Shown here one piece after another: positions 50,810-64,000 of a DNA stretch of 64,000 nt. A model generated the notes under the pieces. That model was not told the origin of the DNA and ran no database searches. It saw only the letters and a list, made by a program, of their open reading frames with translations. The stretch's first letter is position 1. Each line of letters begins with the position of its first letter. This DNA comes from Mobula hypostoma. Taxonomy: Eukaryota. A program made the translations under genes and the position numbers. Location of the stretch: positions 82,400,001 through 82,464,000 of the forward strand of contig NC_086097.1 in the NCBI RefSeq assembly GCF_963921235.1, written 5' to 3'.

Positions 50810-51734
50810 TGTCATAAGGGGGTCGCTGGAAGCGGACCCAAATGCAAGACACAGACACTGAAGTATTAGGAACAGGACAAGGTTTATCAAGAAAGCAAGG
50901 GGAGTCAGGAAGAAATGATGCTGGACATGGACACAAGCCCTGAATGACTAAAGGACACAGGGCCTGGGCTGGGACTCCGAGCCAGAGACCGGACAGGGAC
51001 TCGGAACCTGGGTCTTGACTTGGGCTCGGACCCCGGATCTAGGCGAGGACAAGATGTGGCTACAGGACTAGATGTGGCTAGGCTACAGGACTGGACGTGG
51101 ATCTCCTGCACGGGACGAGAACACAAAGCCTTGACTTGGACTAGACGAGGTTCTTGGACGTGGCTTAGACTAGACGAGGTTCTTGGGCGTGGCTTGGACT
51201 AGATGAGGTTCTTGGACTGGACGAGGGAACTCCAGCACAGGACGAGGCTCTTGGACTAGGTTTGGTTCGGCTCTTGGACTTGGCTTGGTTGGGCTCTTGG
51301 GTACGGAGTCAGGACTCCTTCTTGGGCTCAGAGCTGCTGGGACCCTTCTAGGACGCAGGGCTGGGACCCTCCTAGGATGCAGGGTTGGGACCCTCCTAGG
51401 ATGCAGGGTTGGGACCCTCTTAGGACGCAGGGCTGGGACGCTCCTAGAATGCAGGGCTGGGACCCTCCTAGGATGCAGGGCTGGGACCCTCCTAGGATGC
51501 AGGGCCGGGATGACTGCTGAGGTAAACTATCGAGGATTCAGATGGGGAGGGAAAGGGAACAGTCCAGCAGGGAATCCTTGGTTTGCAGAAGTATTTACAT
51601 GCCAGCCCAAAATGAGAATCAGATGCCTCAGTTAAGGCACCCAATGGAACAAGGGAAAACAGGAAAACCCGGAATAAGGATCGATGAACCGGACTGTGAA
51701 CCAGAATGCGGATTTCATCGACCGGACCATGACA
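50810..51734 (-). mobile_element. Solo LTR (Gypsy-type) with internal tandem repeats
   Basis: TGTCAT...ATGACA termini. 5-bp TSD CAGAC at 50805-50809 and 51735-51739. Inserted into a minus-strand tail element starting at ~50290. Confidence 0.85.
51337..51504. repeat. 24-bp minisatellite, ~7 copies
   Basis: Unit CTGGGACCCTCCTAGGATGCAGGG. Confidence 0.9.
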
Positions 51735-52636
51735 CAGACTCCTTCTCAGCAACGATCAAAAGGCAGTAAGTTCAAACTGTGATAATTATTTTAAAGATCT
51801 CAGCTGCCTGGAGAGTGTGTGAGGATATGGAACTATATGATTTATGGTTCTTGCAGAGTTCACAAATTTGCAACTATAGCACTGTTCTGTAAGAATAAGC
51901 ATTAAGGACAATGTGAATGAATTCTTGCATGAAAGGAACTTCTGGCATCCTGGGCGAAGCATGCCTGGTGCTTTGAAAAGTAAAATACTGCAGCTGCAAG
52001 AAGTCTGAAATTACACCAGAAAAATACTCTCAATATTCAGCAGGTCGGGCAGCATCTGGGGAGCAAGAAAACCTGAGTTAACGTTTCAGGCTGAGAACTT
52101 TTCACCAGAATTGGTCAGTTCTGATACAAACTGCAAAAGCTGACTATCTGAAATTGTTGAACTCAATGTAACATGTTAAGTCAGGAAATGAAATAATTCT
52201 TATCATCTTTGACGTAATCCATCCTCAGACACACTTATCCCTTTCTTCCCTAATTTGTTTAAAAATATGAAGAAACAGATTCTTCTTAACTTCTCTCACA
52301 CTTCCTTGCCTAGCAAACACCACTCCTCTTTTAATGACACCAACTGACACAACTACAATAATTGTAACAGCTACCCTTTGCCTCCACACTTCCCACCGTC
52401 CAAGGACCCAAACACCCCTGCCAGGTAAAGCCGCAATTCACTATTACTGTTTTTAATTCAGTGTTCTGCATTCTATATGTACTGTGTGGTCTCCCCTGCA
52501 CTGGAGAAGCTAAGCACACAGATTGGCTGACCACTTTGCAGACACTTCAAAGGGTGCCACCAAACCTCTCGTTCCCGCACTTCAAATTCCCAACGTACTT
52601 TGATTCTGATTTCTTTGTCTGTTGCCTCCTCAACTG

Positions 52637-54111
52637 GACTAGTTCCTGAGGATTGGAGGGTGGCTAATGTAACCCCACTTTTTAAAAAAGGAGGGAGAGA
52701 GAAACCGGGGAATTATAGGCCGGTTAGCCTAACGTCGGTGGTGGGGAAACTGCTGGAGTCAGTTATCAAGGATGTGATAACAGCACATTTGGAAAGCGGT
52801 GAAATGATCGGACAAAGTCAGCATGGATTTGTGAAAGGAAAATCATGTCTGACGAATCTCATAGAATTTTTTGAGGATGTAACTAGTAGAGTGGATAGGG
52901 GAGAACCAGTGGATGTGGTATATTTGGATTTTCAAAAGGCTTTTGACAAGGTCCCACACAGCAGATTAGTGTGCAAACTTAAAGCACACGGTATTGGGGT
53001 TAAGGTATTGGTGTGGGTGGAGAATTGGTTAGCAGACAGGAAGCAAAGAGTGGGAATAAACGGGACCTTTTCAGAATGGCAGGCGGTGACTAGTGGGGTA
53101 CCGCAAGGCTCAGTGCTGGGACCCCAGTTGTTTACAATATATATTAATGACTTGGATGAGGGAATTAAATGCAGCATCTCCAAGTTTGCGGATGACACGA
53201 AGCTGGGTGGCAGTGTTAGCAGTGAGGAGGATGCTAAGAGGATGCAGGGTGACTTGGATAGGTTGGGTGAGTGGGCAAACTCATGGCAGATGCAATTTAA
53301 TGTGGATAAATGTGAAGTTATCCACTTTGGTGGCAAAAATTGGAAAACAGATTATTATCTGAATGGTGGCCGATTAGGAAAAGGGGAGGTGCAACGAGAC
53401 CTGGGTGTCATTATACACCAGTCATTGAAAGTGGGCATGCAGGTACAGCAGGCGGTGAAAAAGGCGAACGGTATGCTGGCATTTATAGCGAGAGGATTCG
53501 AGTACAGGAGCAGGGAGGTACTACTGCAGTTGTACAAGGCCTTGCTGAGACCACACCTGGAGTATTGTGTGCAGTTTTGGTCCCCTAATCTGAGGAAAGA
53601 CATCTTTGCCATAGAGGGAGTACAAAGAAGGTTCACCAGATTGATTCCTGGGATGGCAGGTCTTTCATATGAAGAAAGACTGGATGAACTGGGCTTGTAC
53701 TCGTTGGAATTTAGAAGATTGAGGGGGGATCTGATTGAAACGTATAAGATCCTAAAGGGATTGGACAGGCTAGATGCGGGAAGATTGTTCCTGATGTTGG
53801 GGAGGTCCAGAACGAGAGGTCACAGTTTGAGGATAGAGGGGAAGCCTTTTAGGACCGAGATTAGGAAAAACTTCTTCACACAGAGAGTGGTGAATCTGTG
53901 GAATTCTCTGCCACAGCGAACTGTTGAGGCCAGTTCATTGGCTATGTTTAAGAGGGAGTTAGATATGGCCCTTGTGGCTACAGGGGTCAGGGGGTATGGA
54001 GGGAAGGCTGGGTTCTGAGTTGGATGATCAGCCATGATCATAATGAATGGCGGTGCAGGCTCGAAGGGCCGAATGGCCTACTCCTGCACCTATTTTCTAT
54101 GTTTCTATGTT
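52637..54111 (+). mobile_element. Young 5'-truncated CR1 LINE with an uninterrupted RT reading frame
   Basis: PEDWRVANVTPLFKKG, NYRPVSLTS, QHGF, YLDFQKAFDKV, GVPQGSVLGP, KFADD, LEYCVQFWSP, with no stop before 54018. (TTTCTATG)n tail. TSD TCAACTG at 52630-52636 and 54112-54118. Sits inside an older PLE remnant. Confidence 0.95.
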
Positions 54112-56999
54112 TCAACTGTTCCAATAAAATCTAACAAAAGCTCGACAAACTGAATTTAAGAAACCAATCTCAGAACTCAACATTGAATTTAACGATTTCA
54201 AATAATGTATTAGAGTTGGCCATATCTGATTAAAAGCTAAACTGTCCTCTAATGTTGACACCATTTTTCTCTTTCTGCAGATGCTGCCTGACTTGCTCAA
54301 TATTTCCAGTATTCTCTATTATTTAACATTTTGGGTAAATGCACAGTTTGGTACCTTACAATTCTGGCAATATTTTTTGTTCCTTATCCTCATGTCCTTC
54401 TACCTATACCTGCTCAGACAGATCAATTACAACTGACAAGCCTTCACCATGTTTCCCAGCCAACACCACCAATACTGCACTCTCAGTCTCCCCCGTATCA
54501 CAGACATTCTCTGCAAGCTTCAGAGAAGCTGAAGTCATGGAAATGGGAAATAGTGGAAACACTTGGCCCTCTGTTAACTCTGTTTCTCTGCAGTGCTGCC
54601 CATCCAGATGTATATCTCCATTTTTGCTTTGGTTTCTGTATCTGTTTATTGCTTGTATGAAAATCTTCTGTTGGAGCCTGCCAGCTGTTTATTAAACTGA
54701 ATCATGTATTTGACAATTCCTCTTAATCATGAACTTTGACATCAATAAATCCCCTGGAAATGTATTCCAGTTTTACAGAGAGTTCTAGGAAAGAGGGACA
54801 GCACTGAAAAATGCCAGATAAGGAAATGTGCTCATACGAAGTAAATGATCAGTAGTTTTGGATTTAAGTCAAATGTATGATTTTGCCATAATATTTTCTA
54901 ACTCCCAGATATGTGAACAGGATAGGTTACTTTCCTGGGAAAACTGATTGCTTGGAAAACTAATGAAATGGTTGAAATCTGAAAAAATGTTCAGAAATGT
55001 GGGAAGAACTCAGCCACCAGTTCTGACAGAGGGGCTTCCAATTTTAGAGAAGAATACCAGATTTTTTCCTTTCCATAGATGCTGCTTGACTGGCTGAGTT
55101 CTTCTGGTATTTGTGTTCTTGTCTAGATTCCTTGACTGGCATCAAGTAAATGATCTCAGAGTCATATACTTTCACAAAAAGCTATCCACTCGGAAGGAGG
55201 GTCCGTAATAATGACAATGGGAGGAGATGATTCCTTGAATTAGTCTTCATCAGGACCTACCTGGCATGTGATGTCAGACAGGTATTGAAGGGGGCCAAAG
55301 CTAGTTTGCAAGGGATGATGTCTATGGAACCAAAGGATGCCATATGCCTTTTTTCTTGGTCTAAACAAGCACATCTTCTTAAGAAACACAGGAACAGGTT
55401 ATGTCCAAATCATGTCTTGGTTACACACTCTCTTAGGGATCATTACCACTGCCAATTTGGGAATTGCATGAAATTCAATGATGCCTTGACGTCTCCCCTG
55501 ACCCACCCAACCACTTGATAAATTCCAAACTGAAGTCTCGAATAGACAGTCTTGTGTGCTTCATGTAGGATTCCAAGACTGGCCACTCATCGATGAATTC
55601 CATTTGGGATCTTTCAGCCTGCACACAAACTGAACAACACCCTTCTTTGCTCAGTGCGCTTCAAGCATTGAATCTGTCTGTTGAAAAGCAGAAAAAAAAT
55701 GCTGCAGATGCTGGAATTTTCAATTAAAAGTAGAAAATGTCAGTGATATTCAGAAGGTGAAGCATGAAACAAGAATTGACTTTGCAGGTACTCACTGGAT
55801 CGAGCATCATTTCGAGAGTAAAGAAATCAGTGAGGAAGAAGAAAAGTCTGCAGGGTTTTGACCCAAGTTGCCAACAGTCCCTGTTGTCCTACAGATGCAG
55901 CTTCACCCATTGAGTTCCTCCTGCAGATAGTTTGTCACTCCAGGCTCCAGCATCAACAGCGTCTTGTGTAAATTTTGCACATTGATGACCTTTCACGAGC
56001 AACCTAATTCCACAAATCCCTTCAGCTCCTTCACATCTCCAAAGACTGATCCATTCCAAAAGGAAACCAGGAAATGATAGAAACCTGCAGCAGCTTGGAG
56101 AGCGACTGTGAGAGAGAGGCTGTTGACCCTCCAAATCGATGAGCGCTCGTTCCACAGCTGTGCATGAACTGCTGAGTACCTCCAGGTTCCAGAATTGCTA
56201 AAGATCTGTTCATTACTGAGCTCGTAGACTCTGTGCAAGGCAACCTAATGTCACCACAGTCACGGTACATGCTGGCCTTCTCTGCTAATTAAGTCTAAAT
56301 TTGTTTTCTTCAGAGAGCTGAAGACCAGAAAAAAATCGGTGAGCCATTGCATTTGTCAAAGGTATACACATTGTTAGGAATACAAAAGTCCATTGCCAGT
56401 GTTGGATGGACGGAGTCCACGCACAATGCCTTTGTAGAGAAGATAATGCAGGCTGTTTTGAACCCTGTCTTAGGTTGAGTTCGTGAGGTAAGAGCTCTTT
56501 GATTTTCTGAACATTAGAAAGTCAATGAATAGATTAAAGACCTTAAAAGCCAGTTACCTTGGTGTCTGGCTCTGATGTTATAAACTCTGTGGATTCTCTG
56601 TAATTCTGGGGGATTAAATAGCTTAATGAGAACGTATGCACTCCCTTCCGCATGGAATTGAGGCCTTGTTCAGGATAAATGAACATGTTCAATACCTTTA
56701 GTGATTCGTTGTGCCTGATCGCAATCCCCATTGGCAAATACACCCCATTTCCAATTCCACTCCTAAGCCAGCATTAGTTTTAAAATTAATATATATATAT
56801 ATATATATATAATATTTTTTTTCTTCTGGAAATGTTCATCAGGTCAGGCAGATTCTGTGGAGCTGTAGACCTACTGCTTCATCTTGAGAATCCTTCTGTC
56901 CTGAATGGCTGAGTATTTCCAGCAATTTTTGTTTTCCATTTAGATTTCCTACAGCTGCAGCATTTTGCCTTTGGACTGATTCTTTATTCCCTGATTAGT

Positions 57000-57299
57000 T
57001 TTATTTATCACATGTATATTGAAACATACAGCGAAATGCATTGCTTGTGTCAAATCAATTCAGTGAAAATTGTGCTGGAGGCAGCCTGCAAGTGTCACCC
57101 CACTTCCAGCGCTAAGAAAGCATGCCCGCAAATTACTAACCCTAACCTGTACGTCTTTGGAATGTGGGAGGAAACCGGAGCACTCAGAGGATATGTACGC
57201 AGTTACGGGGAGAACACGCAAGCGTCTTACAGACAGTGGCGGGAATCGAACCCCGATTGGTGAAAGCAATTATGCTAACTGCTACACTACCATGCTGCC
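57000..57299 (-). mobile_element. V-SINE (HE1-like)
   Basis: gtctttggaatgtgggaggaaaccggagcac (reverse V-domain), gggaatcgaaccc (reverse B box), ctacactaccatgctgcc (reverse A box). Confidence 0.8.
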
Positions 57300-58309
57300 A
57301 TGTAATGAGCTCTTCTGGCCTGTGCAGGGTGCTGGAGAGCACTGGGCTCCAAAGTTTTTAGAGCACCGGAATTGGTTAATTGTTGTTTAACGTGAGTTGT
57401 TAATCATGTAGAGTTCCTTGTGTTTGCTGTGAGTGACTCACTCTTTGTAACACTGTCTCCTGGTGCTTTCTGTTCAAGTTCATTTTGGGGATTCTATGTT
57501 ACTTGCAGTATTTAGACAGACACCGGATTAGTGCTAATGGCAGGGTCCTCGTTTTAAGAATGATTTTGTGGTGTTGCTCAGCTGAGCCACAGGTGTTCTG
57601 TTGCAATGTTGATGAATAAACCCTAGTTGCAGTCTCTTTACCACGTCTGTCATTCCTCCACACTTGGGATCTGATATTGCCAGCTCACATCTGTGCAATT
57701 GACTATGGTGTCCATCACCTCATACCCTGCTTATTTCAGACACCAGAGGTTTTGCATATATTCCAGGCGGCCAATAAGCAATTCCTTTCCTGCTATTACC
57801 ACTGCAGCTATTACTGTAACTCAGATTGTTTTCCTTTTCTTTTCAGGTCACCAAAAGGGATAATAAATCTCTTTAGTGACATACTGTATTGAACAACTCC
57901 CAACTCTTATGCTAATTTGAAGACTATACTTTAATACCTGAGATCATTAGTCCCTTTTCCATTTCTTAATTCCTGCACCTGAAAAGTGCTTCGATTTTTC
58001 TTTTTGTTCCAATTGCAATTCCTGCTCCTGCTCCCAAGACACAGCGATACCTAAAGCCTAAGCACTTTCCCAAAGGCTCTGATACTGGCATTGAGTGTGC
58101 AGTTTCATATATAGTTCTACTGCTATTTCCATGTTTTGCCACTATCCCCATAGGAATCTTAGAAACAGAAGCAGCACTAGGCCATCAGACTGCTCCACCA
58201 TTCAGTTCCATCTCATCTCCGTCTTAGCCAGAACAGCCAGTGGAGAGGTTGTGGGGAAAGATGGTAAGCCTATATAGAAAGATAGGCCTCGAAAGCTCGA
58301 GTATGGTGG

Positions 58310-59330
58310 TGCTGATTTCTAAGCTGCATATATTTCAAAGCAAGAAGTATTGTAGGAAAGGTGGATGAGCTTACAGCATGGATCGGTGTATAGAACTATG
58401 AGTTTATAGCCATTAGTGAGACTTGGTTGCAGGAGGGGCAGGGCTGGCAGCTCAGTGTTCTGGGTTCCGTTGTTTTAGATGTGACAGAGCACGAAAGGGG
58501 AAGGGATGGCATTACTCGCTAGAGAAAATGTCACTACAGTGCTCAGTCAGGACAGATTGGATAGCTTGTATAGTGAGACCTTATGAGTAGAACCAAGGAA
58601 TGAGAAAGGCATGATCACGTTAATGGGACTATATTATAGTCCACCCAACAGTCTGCAGGATTTAGAGGAGCAAATTTGTAGAGCGATCACAGACTATTGC
58701 AAGAAACATAAGGTTGGGATGGTAAGTGATTTTAACTTTCTACATATTGAGTGGGACTCCCATACTGTAAAAAGGCTGAATGGGAAAGAGTTTGTCAAAT
58801 ATATTCCAGTTAGATAGTGTGATACTAGATCTCCTATTAGGGAGTGAGCCAGGACAGGTGACAGAAGTTTGTGTAGGGGAACACTTTGCATCTAGTGATC
58901 ACAATGCCATTAGATTCCTGGTAATATTGGGGAAAAAAAGGTCTGGTCTTCAGGCTAAGATTCTACATTGGTAAAGACCAATTTTGATGGTTAGTTTCAG
59001 AAAGGATCTAGCGAATGTGGATTGGGACGGAGTGTACTTGGTGAGTAGGAGGCCTTCAAAAGTGAAATTTTTGAGAGTACAGGGTTTATATGTGCCTATC
59101 AGAATAAAAGGCAAGGATACCAGGTTAAGGGACCTCGTGTTTCAAGAGATATTGGTCCTGGTTAAGAAAAAAGAAAAGAGGTACACAGCATGTATAGGCA
59201 AGCAGGAACAAATGAGGTACAAGAGGAGTATAAGAAATGCAAGAGAACACTTAAGAAGGAAATCAGGAAGACTAAAAGAAGACATGAGGATGTTCTAGCA
59301 GACAATGTGAAGGAGAATTCTAAGGCCTTC
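58310..59330 (+). mobile_element. Degenerate CR1 ORF2 endonuclease region
   Basis: CIYFKARSIVGKVDEL...IAISETWLQE, GLYYSPPNS, SDFNF, LDLLLG, SSDHNAIRF. Confidence 0.85.
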
Positions 59331-59983
59331 GCCAAAGAAAGTCAAAAGATCTGCAGAAATGACCTATTTGGCTATTCATTAGATCCATCTAATGTTGGTT
59401 CATTTTTTTTTTTGCTCCGTGGGTAAAACCTGGGTTTCTTCACAGTCCTGCCGTCAGCAGTACATCACCGGACAAAGAAGTGTAATATACATCTCACTGC
59501 CACATTAGTCCATTTGGTCTCAGTCCTGCTTTAGTGCATTTAAAACAGTGGCCTGCTTTTTCAGCACTGAGATTTCTGATCTTGGTGATTTATTTCACAG
59601 ATTATAATAAAATGTTAAACAGCGGCGAGTTCTTCATTAGCTTTTTTAAAGTTTCGTTGTTTCCAGCCTTTTGGAGGTGAGGGAGATAAGTTCCCAGGCT
59701 TCAGTAGGACCTAAGGAATTCTGCAGGACTAACTAATGGAATTTATGGGTGAACTGACTGGAAATAACGTTTTAGTGTTATGGTCTATGAACAGTGCTTC
59801 TCATGATGGTACAACTGATATCAGCTGTCTCCAGCTGATAACAAGAACTTGCTCTGTAGAGAATTAAGTTATCCTGCTCTCATTCAGTGTTAGGAACATA
59901 AAACAGCAGTAGGTCACTTCATCCTTTCAGCTTTACCAATAAATTCCCAGTACTAAAACTCTATCTTCGTCTGCTCTACTTCA

Positions 59984-61694
59984 TGAAACCCCTGTCTTCT
60001 CGGGCTTCTCTGCAAACAGCTCGTAGCCCTCGCTGGCAGCCTTCCAACTCTGTGCCGAAAGACCCACGGTTCTCGGGCCGCCTAAATCTAGGGAATACAC
60101 ACTCCGATCCCGCCAAATCTGTGAGATTGGGACGTCTCCCACCCAAACCCCAATTTCTGTGAATGCTGTGTGACTTGCTACCCTGTTACAGCTCGTTGCC
60201 AGGAAATAACAGGGAGCACACTGCGTATGATTAAAGGAATTATTTTTCTGAATATTAACTTAACTGAATGGTTAGTAAAGAAAAGAAAGGCGGGAGAAAA
60301 AGTAAAAAGGGCTCATCATAATTAAACAGTCAAATGTGTACAGGTTGGAGCTCAACTCTTCCAAAAGTCATATTCACCAATCCTCAGTAAACTTCCAAAA
60401 CCTACTCCATCGAATCACGGTCCCCACCAGGTCCAGTAGACTTATACACCCTACTCCATCGAATAACGGTCCTCACCGGGTCCAGTAGACTTCCACACCC
60501 TACTCCATCGAATAACGGTCCTCACCGGGTCTAGTAGACTACCACACCCTACTCCATCGAATAACGGTCCTCACTGGGTCCAGTAGACTACCACACCCTA
60601 CTTCATCGAATCACGGTCCTCACCGGGTCCAATAGACTTCCATACCCTGCTCCATCGAATCACGGTCCTCACCGGGTCCAGTACACTTCCATACCCTACT
60701 CCATCGAATCACGGTCCTCACCGGGTCCAGTAGAGTTCCACACCCTACTCCATCAAATCACGGTCCTCACCGGGTCCAGTACACTTCCATACCCTACTCC
60801 ATCGAATCACGGTCCTCATCGGGTCCAGTAGAGTTCCACACCCTACTCCATCAAATCACGGTCCTCACCGGGTCCAGTAGAGTTCCACACCCTACTCCAT
60901 CGAATCACGGTCCTCACCGGGTCCAGTAGACTTCCATACCCTACTCCATTGAATCACGGTCCTCACCAGGTCCAGTAGAATTCCATACCCTACTCCATCG
61001 AATCACGGTCCCCACCGGGTCCAGTAGACTTCCATACCCTACTCCATCGAATCACTGTCCTCACCAGGTCCAGTAGAATTCCATACCCTACTCCATCGAA
61101 TCACGGTCCTCACCGGGTCCAGTAGACTTCCATACCCTACTCCATCGAATCACTGTCCTCACCAGGTCCAGTAGAATTCCATACCCTACTCCATCGAATC
61201 ACGGTCCTCACCGGGTCCAGTAGATTTCTACACCCTACTCCATCGAATCACAGTCCCCAACAGGTCCAGTAGACTTCCACACCCTACTCCATTGAATCAC
61301 GGTCCTCACCGGGTCCAGTAGACTTCCATACCCTACTCCATCGAATCACGGTCCTCACCGGATCCAGTAGACTTCCACTCTCTACTCCATCGAATCACAG
61401 TCCTCACCGGGTCCAGTAGACTTCCATACCCTACTCCATCGAATCACGGTCCCCACCGGGTCATATCCTACCACTTGTTCTCTCCAGCATCTACTCTCTT
61501 CATCTCCCACCAAACAAAGGCAAAAGCTCACACTGGTGTCAGGCACATAAAAAAAAACCACTTCCCTGATTGGATGGCTCACATTCTGAAGCAACCGTTA
61601 TCTCTAATCATAACCCAAACCCTGCTTCTTCAGAAGGACCAATGCATGAAATACCCTACAATGTTAGCAGTGAAACCTTTACCAGGGCATTACA
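59984..61694. mobile_element. Solo LTR carrying an expanded minisatellite
   Basis: TGAAACCCCTG ... CAGGGCATTACA imperfect inverted termini. 4-bp TSD TTCA at 59980-59983 and 61695-61698. Confidence 0.7.
60385..61462. repeat. 49-bp minisatellite, ~22 copies
   Basis: Unit CCCTACTCCATCGAATCACGGTCCTCACCGGGTCCAGTAGACTTCCA(T/C)A, period 49 (e.g. 60481 to 60530), head-to-tail with no spacers. Confidence 0.95.
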
Positions 61695-62459
61695 TTCATA
61701 TTTTTTGGCAGCATGGAAAGAAAATATTGAATTTACAGGAAATATTTGATATATACTGTATTAGTGACCTCTGCCTAGGAATTTATAACATTATCCCAAA
61801 GTCTATTGATGATATGAAACCAGGAAATGGAATAGACAGTGAAGAAATGAACATACTTCCAAAGGGCATAACCAGATTCGTAATTGGCTGATGGCATTTA
61901 TTGCAGCAAATCAAACTATTTTGATAGAAAAATATGAAAAGGACACATAAGTAACATGCACAGTTGAAACAACAGAACATATACAATTCAAAATATCCGA
62001 AGAAATGTAATACATCCCATGATTTTCAAAGGGTTTTGCAGTAATGTGGTATTGAAAAGAGAAGCAGGTGATTAGGGATATGATGAATGAAATTGCAAAG
62101 AGGAATGTTATCTGAACGTTTAGACCATTCAATCTGTCAACAGTAAACTGTAGTAAAAGGGTGTATTTGATCCAGCACCTGAGATATTTTTCTTCTGTAT
62201 ATGTTGTAGGTGTAGTTTTCCTCCTTTTTAAGGTACAGATCTGAACTTCAGCATTTAAAATTTTACTTTTTTAGATCTTTATGCTCACGTTGCTTTTAAT
62301 AGTACTTTGACCAAACTGTAATTGAGATGACCAGGATGGAATGTCAATTAACACTGAAAGACATTAGATGTACAAGATAAATTATTTGTAAAAGTACCAG
62401 CAGTGAAACATCTGGGCTTCAGCACAAGATACCATCATAGGGAGTAACACAGGCTGTTT

Positions 62460-62582
62460 AAGAGACTACTAGACAGGTATATGGAGGAATCTAAGGTGGG
62501 GGCTTATATGGGAGGCAGGGTTTGAGGGTCAGCACAACATTGTGGGCCGAAGGGCCTGTACTGTGCTGTACTATTCTATGTT
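62460..62582 (+). mobile_element. CR1 3' tail
   Basis: ctagacaggtatatgga...gtgggccgaagggcctgtactgtgctgtactattctatgtt. Confidence 0.75.
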
Positions 62583-62894
62583 AAATTCCTGGACTTTGTC
62601 TCCACTCTTCACCTAAAACTATTGATTGTTTCTTATTTGGATTACATAGTGTGCACCTGAACCCAATATTGTTTTCAAGTGTTTATTCATAGTCCTCACT
62701 TTATGGCAGGCATTACTAACTGATTATCAAGAATACAAACCTGGTTATTTCATCAGGTTCTCAGCAACCCCAAAACCTCAATTGGATTATTTGCATCAAC
62801 TGTTCTTTTTGATCTATGGAAGGGAACATGGGGCCAGCAAGCAAAATAAAGGAGACACATTAATGTTTTCTAGTGACTTATGATATCTAGAAAA

Positions 62895-63392
62895 TATTTT
62901 CAAGTTGCCACTTCATTAGTTACCTCCATGGTCTTCTGCAGCTGTAGCCCACCTACTTCAAGGTTTGACATATTGTGCATTCAGAGATGCTCTTCTGTAC
63001 ACCACTGCTGTAATGCACAGTTATTTGAATTACTGTTCCCTTCCTGTCAGCTTGAACGAGTCTAGCCAAGCTCCTTTGACCTTTCTCATTAATAAGGCAT
63101 TTTCACACACACAGCTGCCATTCATTGGATGTTTTTGTTTTGTTTTTTGCACCATTCTCTGTAAACTCTAGAGCCTGCTGTGTGTGGAAATTCCAGGAGG
63201 TCAACAGTTTCTGAGACACTCAAACACTCCATCTGGTACCAACAGTCACTCAATGTTCAAAGTCACTGAATCAATTTTTCTTTATTCTGATGTTCAGTCC
63301 GAACAACTGAACTTCTTGACGATGTCCACATGCTATTGTGCAAATCAAATCAGCCAAATTAGGTATACCTAATAAAGAGGCCACTGAATGTA
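62895..63392. mobile_element. Non-autonomous Tc1-like element
   Basis: Right TIR tacctaataaagaggccactgaatgta; decayed left TIR caagttgccacttcattagttac; TA at both ends. Confidence 0.7.
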
Positions 63393-64000
63393 CATCTACT
63401 TCCTCTGATAACACATATGATTACAACAGATGAGGCTGACATAAGTGCAAAATTGTTTGGCATTTCAACAATAAATTGCAGTGAATGTGACAATTCAGTG
63501 CATGAGTCACCTGCAGAAATTCTATTGTTATAATAAGAAGCATGTCCAGCCTAGTTAGAGCCTTCAACAGGTTGTCCTTTATCATGGAACACCAATAACT
63601 TTTAATTAATGCCTTTAATATACAACAGCATTTTTTGCATAATGCGCAGTGGTGGCAAAGTGCTATTAAAAGAAATAAAACTACTTTATTCTAAGTGGCT
63701 CTGAATCTCCCTTTCCCCATTCTCCATTACAGCCTGGGAAAAGATGCAACAATGTAAGTAGCTTTGGGAGATAAAGATAAAAGAGTAAATAACTTCTGAA
63801 ACAGAACAGGAGTTTTTCAAAACAACATACAACAGTAAGTTCACTCATTCCAAAGCATGTGAATGGCATTGACTCAAATACATTTTCAGATCTACCTATA
63901 AGAGTTTATAAACTGACTTGTGCCTTCTGTAATACTGCATCAACCTTGTTTTACTCCTGCTCACAAATTGAGTAGTGCAGATTTGGTTCAGCAGAATTGA

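Noticed and set aside
51285..51635. Repeat protein (GTLLGCRA)n
   Set aside because: Product of a 24-bp minisatellite inside a solo LTR; no ATG start or splice context.
60385..61462. CRISPR array or tandem hammerhead (retrozyme) repeat
   Set aside because: Units abut with no unique spacers, there are no cas genes and the context is eukaryotic. The minus-strand CCGGUGAG...GAUG lacks the invariant CUGANGA and GAAA.
4638..61694. Antisense orientation bias of LTR elements relative to RAB15
   Set aside because: Only about seven elements, two are sense and one is unoriented; too few to support a bias.

Overview
AT-rich, repeat-saturated vertebrate DNA. The repeat families (V-SINE and DeuSINE-like remnants, CR1, Rex1/Babar, Penelope-like elements) point to a cartilaginous fish; this is inferred from family resemblance only. 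The only host coding sequence I can support is one 61-bp internal exon of RAB15 (49220-49280, +), so the window is probably mostly very large intron. The rest is layered mobile DNA: a full-length but decayed Gmr1-type Gypsy element with integrase upstream of RT (4638-11117, -), two decayed class I-like endogenous retroviruses (14041-19809, +; ~23075-31424, -, with an env ISU remnant), a second decayed Gypsy, three solo LTRs with TSDs (one holding a ~22 x 49-bp minisatellite), hAT and Tc1 DNA transposons, and many LINE/SINE fragments. Penelope-like elements occur as inverted pairs and carry minimal hammerhead-ribozyme cores. I found no clearly novel system; the best leads are the hammerhead/inverted-PLE cassettes, the ERV remnants and the Gmr1 element. 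Most ORF-track entries are spurious or TE-derived. Boundaries not anchored by a TSD, TIR or splice site are approximate.
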